From Archangium sp. (GTDB lineage Bacteria; Myxococcota; Myxococcia; Myxococcales; Myxococcaceae): DNA of 28,001 nucleotides. The stretch is from positions 1 to 28,001 of the forward strand of contig JANLPS010000159.1 in NCBI GenBank assembly GCA_031367385.1. Direction: 5' to 3'. A model generated the notes under the pieces. The model did no database searches, was not told the DNA's origin, and saw nothing but the letters and a program-made list of their open reading frames with translations. Shown here one piece after another: positions 1-6,310 of the stretch; within the stretch, counting starts at the first letter, position 1, and each line of letters begins with the position of its first letter. The position numbers and the translations under genes were made by a program.

Positions 1-87
1 CAACGTCGAAAGCGCCGCGTCGTAGCCCACCGACTTCACGCTCGATGAATTCACAGCGACCCGAAGGCACGTCTCTCTCGCTTGCAT
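1..87 (-). CDS. KTSC domain-containing protein (5' part only; runs off window start)
   Basis: Manual translation from ATG at 87: MQARETCLRVAVNSSSVKSVGYDAALSTL. V-x-SS-x-V-x-SVGYD-xxxx-TL matches the start of the KTSC domain. Not in ORF track. Confidence 0.8.
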   Translation of the reverse strand, partial: MQARETCLRVAVNSSSVKSVGYDAALSTL

Positions 88-229
88 GCCGCCAAACTAC
101 CGAGATGACTGAAAACGGATGATGCGATTGCCCTGTGAGCCGAGCGTATCGCAAGGTTACTTGTCAGACCCGCATGCGATACCGGCGAAGGCGACAGATT
201 GGGCTGTCGCGAGCAGCAGGGGGTGCGGC

Positions 230-427
230 GTGTTGGAGCCAGGCAAGCGGTTGGCGGTTTTCTCGATTCGACAGAGCAAGAACGGCAGCGTGTGGGTGCG
301 CGCCGGCTACGCGGAGGTCAACGCCGATGACTCGGTGAATTTGCACCTCGACGTGCTGCCGATTGATGGGAGGCTGCACGTGCGTGAAGCCAGTGAAAGG
401 GCCCCGCCGTCGGGTGGCCCACACTAG
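230..427 (+). CDS. Small beta-rich hypothetical protein of a type common in myxobacteria
   Basis: In-frame GTG at 230 behind a G-rich SD-like stretch (AGGGGG). Core AVFSIR..GSVWVRAG.A.VN.D.S.NL.LDVLP.DG.LHVRE looks like a conserved compact domain. The track's longer start (119) adds poorly coding sequence. Confidence 0.65.
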   Translation: MLEPGKRLAVFSIRQSKNGSVWVRAGYAEVNADDSVNLHLDVLPIDGRLHVREASERAPPSGGPH

Positions 428-474
428 CGGGGGGCTTGCGGTGGGGCGTGAAAACCAGCAAAGACGAAGCCGTC

Positions 475-1167
475 ATGTTGGCTGCGCGCCCCCACCTCGA
501 GCCTCACCGTCGCGCCGATGCGGCGTCAGTGGTGGTCAAAGAAATCTACCTCTCGCTGCAGGGCGAGTCGTCGCACCAGGGGCTGCTGTGCGCCTTCGTG
601 CGGCTGACCGGGTGCCACCTGCGCTGCTCGTATTGCGACAGTGTGTTCGCGTTTCAGGGCGGGGCTCGGCGCTCGAACCTCGACGTGGTGCGCGAGGTCA
701 AGGCCATGGGCACGCCGATGGTCGAAATCACCGGCGGTGAGCCGCTGCTTCAACCCGGCGTCTACCCGCTGATGGAGGCCTTTCTCGCCGAGGGTCTGAC
801 CGTGCTGCTCGAGACCTCGGGGGCCATTGATGTGCGCTTGGTACCGCCCGCGGTGCACAAAATCGTCGACCTGAAGACGCCGTCGTCAGGCGAGAGCGAC
901 CGCAATGACTTGAAGAACTTCACCTCGATGAACCAGAACGACGAGCTCAAGTTCGTGATCGGCTCGCGTGAAGACTTCGACTGGAGCGTCGCGATGATTC
1001 GAGCGCACCGCCTCGATCAGCGCCCCTTCGGGTTGCTCTTCTCGACCGTGTTCAACCGGCTCTCGCCCCGCGAGCTGGCCCAGTGGGTCATCGACGCACG
1101 GCTGCCGGTGCGTTTTCAGCTCCAACAGCACAAGTACGTGTGGGAGCCCGAAGCCCGGGGGGTCTGA
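475..1167 (+). CDS. queE: 7-carboxy-7-deazaguanine synthase (radical SAM)
   Basis: EIYLSLQGE, FVRLTGCHLRCSYCD (CxxxCxxC), ITGGEPLLQ, LETSG, DLKTPSSG, ELKFVI and QLQQHKYVW are all QueE-family motifs. Start taken at ATG 475; track start is 436. Confidence 0.9.
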   Translation: MLAARPHLEPHRRADAASVVVKEIYLSLQGESSHQGLLCAFVRLTGCHLRCSYCDSVFAFQGGARRSNLDVVREVKAMGTPMVEITGGEPLLQPGVYPLMEAFLAEGLTVLLETSGAIDVRLVPPAVHKIVDLKTPSSGESDRNDLKNFTSMNQNDELKFVIGSREDFDWSVAMIRAHRLDQRPFGLLFSTVFNRLSPRELAQWVIDARLPVRFQLQQHKYVWEPEARGV

Positions 1168-1319
1168 GCGCCGCACGGCATCCGCTCCGCAAGCTGAACG
1201 TCCGTTGGGGTGGACGAAAGCGCTGAGCCCCGAGAAGGCGTCTTGCTGCAGTGCAACAAGCGCCCTACGACTCCGGTCGCACCTTTGACGCCCGGCACTT
1301 CACCGGGGGGAGCCACACA

Positions 1320-1682
1320 ATGCACGCGATGAACACGATGGGTGGAATGCCGATGAACACCATGCCGATGCACAACCCGATGATGGGCATGATGCCGATG
1401 ATGGGCGGCATGAATGGCATGAACATGATGCCGATGATGGGCGGCATGATGAATCAGATGCCGATGATGAACATGATGCCGATGCCGATGATGCGCCCCA
1501 TGATGTGCAAGATGACCATGGAGATGGGCAAAGACGGCATGGTCTGCAAGATGATGCCGATGGAAGGCGTCACCATGGAGATGATGAAGGAGTACTGCGA
1601 AATGATGGGCTCGATGATGGCCATGGGTATGCCGATGATGATGATGTGCAACGGCATGCCGATGATGATGATGTCGAAGTAA
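1320..1682 (+). CDS. Extremely methionine-rich small protein (120 aa; 56 Met and 4 Cys by manual count)
   Basis: SD GGGAG (1308-1312) 7 nt before ATG 1320, TAA stop, intrinsic terminator directly downstream. Non-Met codons are mostly G/C-ending, as in neighbouring genes. Confidence 0.8.
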   Translation: MHAMNTMGGMPMNTMPMHNPMMGMMPMMGGMNGMNMMPMMGGMMNQMPMMNMMPMPMMRPMMCKMTMEMGKDGMVCKMMPMEGVTMEMMKEYCEMMGSMMAMGMPMMMMCNGMPMMMMSK

Positions 1683-1706
1683 GAACGTCACATCAGGCAG
1701 CACACC

Positions 1707-1738
1707 AGGAGCTCGGGCGACCGGGCTCCTTCTTTTTT
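1707..1738 (+). terminator. Rho-independent terminator after the Met-rich gene
   Basis: AGGAGCTCGG-GCGA-CCGGGCTCCT 10-bp stem (one G-U) with GNRA loop, followed by TCTTTTTT. Confidence 0.9.
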
Positions 1739-1755
1739 GGGCTATAGGCCACCGC

Positions 1756-2574
1756 ATGCCTTCACTTCAAAACAGAACGCTCTTCATCTCTGGCGCCAGC
1801 CGCGGCATTGGTCTGGCCATCGCTCTCCGCGCCGCCCGTGATGGGGCCAACATCGTCATCGCCGCGAAGACCGCCGACCCGCACCCCAAGCTGCCGGGCA
1901 CCATCTACACCGCGGCGAAAGAGGTCGAGGCCGCTGGAGGCAAGGCGCTCCCGCTGATGTGCGATATTCGCTCTGAAGAGCAGGTCTTCGAAGCGGTGCA
2001 GAAAGCCATCAATGCGTTTGGTGCCATCGACGTCTGCATCAACAACGCGAGCGCGATCAGCCTGACCGGCACCCTCGAGACGCCGATGAAGAAGTACGAC
2101 CTGATGCACCAGATCAACCTGCGCGGCACCTTCTTGGTCAGCCAGGCGTGCCTGCCGCACCTGCTCAAGTCGAAGTTCACTCCGCACATTCTCAACCTGT
2201 CGCCGCCACTGAGCATGTCGCCCAGGTGGTTCGGGCCTCACGTCGCGTACACCATGGCCAAGTACGGCATGTCGATGTGCGTGCTCGGCATGGCTGAAGA
2301 GTTCAAGGGCAAGGTCGCCGTCAACGCCCTCTGGCCGCGCACCACCATCGCCACCGCCGCCGTGCACATGCTCGGAGGCGACGACATGATGAAGGCCAGC
2401 CGCACGCCGCAGATCATGGCTGACGCGGCGTACGAGATTCTCGGCAAGAATGTCGAGTTCAGTGGCCGGTTCTGCATCGACGACGAGGTTCTGCGCGAAG
2501 CCGGAGTCACCGACCTGCGCAAATACCAGGTCGACCCGAACATCGAGCCGCTGCCAGACTTCTTCATCGACTAG
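1756..2574 (+). CDS. SDR family NAD(P)-dependent oxidoreductase, HSDL2-like
   Basis: ISGASRGIG, AAKTADPHPKLPGTIY, NNASAI, HILNLSPPL, AYTMAKYGMS (YxxxK) and VNALWPRT are characteristic of HSDL2-type SDRs. No C-terminal SCP2 domain. Confidence 0.9.
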   Translation: MPSLQNRTLFISGASRGIGLAIALRAARDGANIVIAAKTADPHPKLPGTIYTAAKEVEAAGGKALPLMCDIRSEEQVFEAVQKAINAFGAIDVCINNASAISLTGTLETPMKKYDLMHQINLRGTFLVSQACLPHLLKSKFTPHILNLSPPLSMSPRWFGPHVAYTMAKYGMSMCVLGMAEEFKGKVAVNALWPRTTIATAAVHMLGGDDMMKASRTPQIMADAAYEILGKNVEFSGRFCIDDEVLREAGVTDLRKYQVDPNIEPLPDFFID

Positions 2575-2616
2575 CGCGCCGGGGTTCGGCCCCGCCCAGC
2601 CGCCCGAAGCGGGGTC

Positions 2617-2935
2617 TCACCGAGCGACGGCCAGCACACACGGCCCAGCGACACAGGCCGCCCCGGGCGCCTGGCACAGCGAGCAATGCACCGCCGGCCG
2701 CGGCGCGCAGCCCTTGAGCGCCGAGGCGACGTCTTGGGTCGTACGCCACCTGGCTCGACCTCGAGATCGCCCCGTTCGGGCACGGGAAACACGCCGCGCA
2801 CAGCGCTCCGAACGCGACCGCGACGCACGCGTTCGATTCGACGCACTGGGTCGAATACCCGCTCGAGTCAATCGCCATTCAGCAGCTGATCAACCCGCTC
2901 GCCGCGAGCGCCACCGCGGCCAGGCCCCGACGCAC
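2617..2935 (-). pseudogene. Disrupted Cys-rich lipoprotein gene (in-frame TGA plus +1 frameshift), or assembly errors
   Basis: GTG at 2935 overlaps the epoxidase TAG. It reads MRRGLAAVALAASGLISC, then TGA (2879-2881), then MAIDSSGYSTQCVESNACVAVAFGALCAACFPCPNGAISRSSQVAYD. Removing one base in the GGG at 2736-2738 continues it as QDVASALKGCAPRPAVHCSLCQAPGAACVAGPCVLAVAR-stop. Confidence 0.7.
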
Positions 2936-4323
2936 TACTGCCCCAGGCCCGAGTCGACCGCAGGCACCTGGTGCAGCCCCAGCCGGTACCGGTTCACCAC
3001 CGTGCGCGCGGTCTTGTTCACCGCCAGCTCGAGCCGCCCCAGGCTGGTCTTCGCCAACGAGCCCAGCACCCGGGCCCGCATGCGCAACGCCGGGTCGTCA
3101 ATCACGCCCGAGAGCACGCCGACGGCCGACGAGCCGAACACCCGGCTGTACTCTTTGACGAACGCGCTCGGCCGAACGTCTTCGCCCGACAAAATATCCA
3201 TCGAGGCGGCACGGCGCTTCGGGCCCTTGCGCCAGTAGCGAAAAACGCCGGCCTGCAGCGCCTTCGACCCCGCGTCAGAGCCTCGAAAGACCTCGTACAG
3301 CGCGTCGGTGAAGACCTCGCGCATGCGCACGAAGTCGTAGCGCTGGCGCTGGTACTCTTTGAGCGCGACATCGGTTGGCCCATCGGCGCCCACCGCTCCA
3401 GCCAACGTCAGCGCGTCGTTCATGCCGTTGGTCATGCCTGACGCGGTCAGCGGGTGCGCACAGCCGCCAGCGTCGCCGACCAGCACCACGCCCGGGGCCG
3501 CACAGGCCTGGGTCAACATCGAGTGGTTCGCACAGCCTTCGAAGCCACGGGTCTGGAGCGCCGAGAGCATCGCCTCACGCAGCGGGCTCGGCACATGGGC
3601 CGCGTAGTGCTGCGCGATGTACGCGATGATCGCCGGCTTGCCCTTCGCCGCCCCGAGGGGAATGTCGATGCAGAACCGAACTTTTCCTGCTCCGTAGGGG
3701 TACGCGAGAATCGGCCCCGGCCCGCCCAGAAAAACGTGCCCGCGCGAGCCCCAAGGCAGCTCGGTGCCCTCGACGCCGAAGGCCACCGTGTACGAGAGCA
3801 ACGTGATGTCGGGCTCGAGCCCAAGCTTGGCTCGAAGCCGCGATTGGCGCCCGTCAGCCAAGACCACCAGGTCTCCGCGGTGCTGCGTGCCGTCAGCGGT
3901 GACCACGCCGGTGATTCGCTCACCTTCGCGCAGGAGCTCGACCGCCGGTTGGCCGGTCAGAATTTTCACCCCTGCACGCGCCGCGACTTCACGTCGCATC
4001 GTCATCACCATCACCGGGTGATCAATGCCCAGCCCAGGCCCGCTCTCGGCGCGGTAGGGCAGCAACACTGGCGCTCCCACGTTGCTGGGTGAGGCTGCGA
4101 AGCCGTGCACCTCGACGCCGCCGGCCTCGAACAAGGCATCGCTCAAACCAAGCTGCCCGAGGGCGCGAACCCCTTTGGGGTGAATCAGCTCACCGCGAAA
4201 AATCGGGTCCCACGTCTGGGCTCGCTCCAGCACCACCACCCGCGCGCCCTGACCCGACAATGCGGCCGCAGTGGCCAGCCCTGTAAATCCGCCGCCCACG
4301 ATAACCACGTCGCTGCCAATCAT
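2935..4323 (-). CDS. Squalene epoxidase (squalene monooxygenase), FAD-dependent
   Basis: GGGFTG Rossmann motif, GELIHPKG (cf. GELLQPGG), ADGRQS, HVFLGGPGPILAY, LVGDAGGCAHPLTASGMT (cf. GDA..RHPLTGGGMT) and ALYEVF. Clustered with squalene synthase and oxidosqualene cyclase. Confidence 0.85.
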   Translation of the reverse strand: MIGSDVVIVGGGFTGLATAAALSGQGARVVVLERAQTWDPIFRGELIHPKGVRALGQLGLSDALFEAGGVEVHGFAASPSNVGAPVLLPYRAESGPGLGIDHPVMVMTMRREVAARAGVKILTGQPAVELLREGERITGVVTADGTQHRGDLVVLADGRQSRLRAKLGLEPDITLLSYTVAFGVEGTELPWGSRGHVFLGGPGPILAYPYGAGKVRFCIDIPLGAAKGKPAIIAYIAQHYAAHVPSPLREAMLSALQTRGFEGCANHSMLTQACAAPGVVLVGDAGGCAHPLTASGMTNGMNDALTLAGAVGADGPTDVALKEYQRQRYDFVRMREVFTDALYEVFRGSDAGSKALQAGVFRYWRKGPKRRAASMDILSGEDVRPSAFVKEYSRVFGSSAVGVLSGVIDDPALRMRARVLGSLAKTSLGRLELAVNKTARTVVNRYRLGLHQVPAVDSGLGQ

Positions 4324-4371
4324 GGCCGGCAGCTATTGCGCGCTTGCCTCACTTCTTCAACTAAACGGCAA

Positions 4372-4387
4372 AATGACACATGTCATT
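4372..4387. promoter_or_regulatory. Perfect 7-2-7 palindrome; candidate operator in the divergent epoxidase/squalene synthase promoter region
   Basis: AATGACA-CA-TGTCATT in the comparatively AT-rich 128-bp intergenic region 4324-4451. Confidence 0.55.
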
Positions 4388-4451
4388 CGTTAACACCCGT
4401 CAGTGGGTGAACTGTTTGAAGGCAAGCCAGCACCGGTGTACTCGACCGCGC

Positions 4452-5372
4452 ATGGCCGATCTCGAAGACTTGCTGCAGAAGACCAGCCGCACGTTTGCGC
4501 TGGCAATACCGCTGTTGCCCGAGCCGACTCGGCACGCGGTCTCTGTGGCATATTTGCTCTTTCGCATCGCCGATACCTTCGAAGACGCCACGGCGTGGCC
4601 CCGCGAAAAGCGCATTGCCTCACTCGAATCGTTCATTGGGCTCGTCAAACGCGAAGACGCCGCCACTGCCGCCGAGCCGTTGGTCAACCAGTGGCTCGCG
4701 CAAGCCCCGGTGACCCATGCCGGGTACCTCGAATTGCTTGGAAAGACGGGCGAGGTGCTCGCCGAGCTGGCCCGCATGCCACCCGCGGTTCGAGCAATTC
4801 TGATCAAGCACTCCGTGCGCACGTGCGAAGGCATGGCCCAGGTGGTGGCCCGCGCCGATGAACGGGGCTCGATGACCTTGCGCTCGCTCGAAGACCTCAC
4901 CGACTACTGCTATCTCGTGGCCGGCATTGTCGGAGAGCTTTTGACCGAGCTCTTTCTTCACGACGCCCCCTCGCTCCAGGCCCAGGCGGCGGAGCTGAAT
5001 CGCCGGGCGCTCGCGTTCGGCGAGGGCCTGCAGCTGGTGAACATTCTCAAAGACACCGGAGACGATGCGCGCGACGGCCGGGTCTACCTGCCCCCCAATG
5101 TGACCCGCGCCCAGGTGCTCGCCCTCGCCCGCGCCGACTTGGACCACGCCAACGCCTACGTGCAGGCGCTTCAGCAGGGCGGAGCGCCCAAGGGCTACCT
5201 CGGGTTCACCGGCATCTCGCTGATGCTCGCATACGCCACCTTGAATCGTCTCGAGCTCGAGGGTGCAGGCGCCAAGGTCTCCCGCGCCGAGGTCGGCCGG
5301 CTCTTCGGCGTGCTCCAATCGGCCATCGAATCGAATGTTCGGCTCGATGTTCGAGCCACGGCCTTGGCGTGA
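4452..5372 (+). CDS. Squalene synthase (farnesyl-diphosphate farnesyltransferase; squalene/phytoene synthase family)
   Basis: LLQKTSRTFALAI, YLLFRIADTFED (first Asp-rich motif), DYCYLVAGIVG, GLQLVNILKD (second motif) and DGRVYLP match the single-enzyme SQS pattern. Start at ATG 4452. Confidence 0.88.
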   Translation: MADLEDLLQKTSRTFALAIPLLPEPTRHAVSVAYLLFRIADTFEDATAWPREKRIASLESFIGLVKREDAATAAEPLVNQWLAQAPVTHAGYLELLGKTGEVLAELARMPPAVRAILIKHSVRTCEGMAQVVARADERGSMTLRSLEDLTDYCYLVAGIVGELLTELFLHDAPSLQAQAAELNRRALAFGEGLQLVNILKDTGDDARDGRVYLPPNVTRAQVLALARADLDHANAYVQALQQGGAPKGYLGFTGISLMLAYATLNRLELEGAGAKVSRAEVGRLFGVLQSAIESNVRLDVRATALA

Positions 5373-6301
5373 CCGGCCCCCGGTGGTCACCGGCTTCGAC
5401 GCCTGATCAATCAGGCAAATGCTTCATCGTGACCGGCGCCAGCTCGGGCATCGGGCTCGGGGTCGCGAAGCTGCTCGCCGCGAAGAACGGCAGCGTGATT
5501 CTGGCGTGCCGCGACCGCAGCAAAGCCGAGCGCGCGGCCGCGGTCATTCGCGAGTCGACCCCGGGCGCGACGCTGCACCTGCTGACCCTCGACCTGAGCT
5601 CGCTGACCTCGGTTCGCCAGTTCGCTCGCGAAGTGACCGAGCACCACCCGCGCGTCGACGTGCTGATCAACAACGCCGGCGTGATGGCCCTGCCCTACGG
5701 CAAGACCGTCGACGGCTTCGAGCTGCAGCTTGGCACCAACCACCTCGGGCCCTTCGCCCTGACCGCCCTGCTCCTGCCTGCCCTCGAGCGCGCCGAGGCG
5801 CCGCGGGTGGTCTCGGTCTCGAGCACCATGCACCGCAGCGGCACCCTCGACCTCGACGACCTGCAGCGAGAGAAAAGCTATTACCGCTGGCCCACCTACG
5901 GCACCACCAAGCTCGCCAACCTGCTCTTCACCTACGAGCTCGAGCGTCGTCTGCGCGTCGGCCAGAAGAAGACCATCGCCGTGGCCTGTCACCCTGGGTA
6001 CGCCAACACCAACCTGTTGATGGCGGGGCACTCGCCGCTCGTCGCGGGGTTCTTGCGGCTCACCAACAGACTGATCGCCCAATCTGCCGAGCAAGGCGCC
6101 TGGCCCACGCTCTTCGCCGCCACAGACGGCTCGGTCAAAGGCGCAGACTTCATCGGCCCCGATGGGCTCTTCGAGCTCGCTGGCGCTCCCAAGGTCGTGC
6201 GCTCGAGCAAGAAATCGCAAGACCGCGCGCTGGCGCAGGCGTTGTGGGCGATCTCCGAAAAGCTGACCCACACCGAGTTCGGTCTGCCCGAGGCGCGCTG
6301 A
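5369..6301 (+). CDS. SDR oxidoreductase, retinol-dehydrogenase/WWOX-like subgroup
   Basis: VTGASSGIG, LINNAGVM, DGFELQLGTNHLG, YGTTK (YxxxK), CHPG. GTGA overlap with the squalene synthase stop. Confidence 0.9.
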   Translation: MTGPRWSPASTPDQSGKCFIVTGASSGIGLGVAKLLAAKNGSVILACRDRSKAERAAAVIRESTPGATLHLLTLDLSSLTSVRQFAREVTEHHPRVDVLINNAGVMALPYGKTVDGFELQLGTNHLGPFALTALLLPALERAEAPRVVSVSSTMHRSGTLDLDDLQREKSYYRWPTYGTTKLANLLFTYELERRLRVGQKKTIAVACHPGYANTNLLMAGHSPLVAGFLRLTNRLIAQSAEQGAWPTLFAATDGSVKGADFIGPDGLFELAGAPKVVRSSKKSQDRALAQALWAISEKLTHTEFGLPEAR

Positions 6302-6310
6302 TCAGCCTGC

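Noticed and set aside
475..1167. queE as part of a 7-deazaguanine DNA-modification (dpd) system
   Set aside because: No dpdA/tgt-like, queC, queD or folE gene in the window; housekeeping queuosine synthesis is the simpler reading.
1183..1222. Hammerhead-ribozyme-like string (CGCUC..CUGAAC-GUCC..GGAC-GAAAGCG)
   Set aside because: The core reads CUGAAC rather than CUGANGA, lacking the essential G8/A9, and stem I would be a single base pair.
1389..1449. Two identical 25-bp direct repeats with a 36-bp period, superficially CRISPR-like
   Set aside because: Only two copies, in-frame inside the Met-rich CDS (MMPMMGGM), 11-nt gap, no cas genes.
1320..1756. Met-rich ORF as an attenuation leader peptide for the downstream SDR
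   Set aside because: 120 aa is far longer than known leader peptides, no antiterminator was identified, and the SDR has its own -10-like element.
1116..1757. 213-aa His-rich ORF on the minus strand (and Ile-rich/Asp-rich ORFs in other frames)
   Set aside because: Shadows of the ATG repeats (reverse complement CAT = His). The SD and terminator orientation support the plus-strand Met-rich gene.
1756..2574. HSDL2-like SDR as a member of the sterol cluster
   Set aside because: Widespread family also found in non-sterol producers, convergent to the cluster and lacking SCP2. Proximity alone is insufficient, though not excluded.
2879..2881. In-frame TGA as selenocysteine or programmed readthrough
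   Set aside because: The same gene also carries a frameshift, the position (+2 of a lipoprotein) is not a redox site, and no convincing SECIS was identified.
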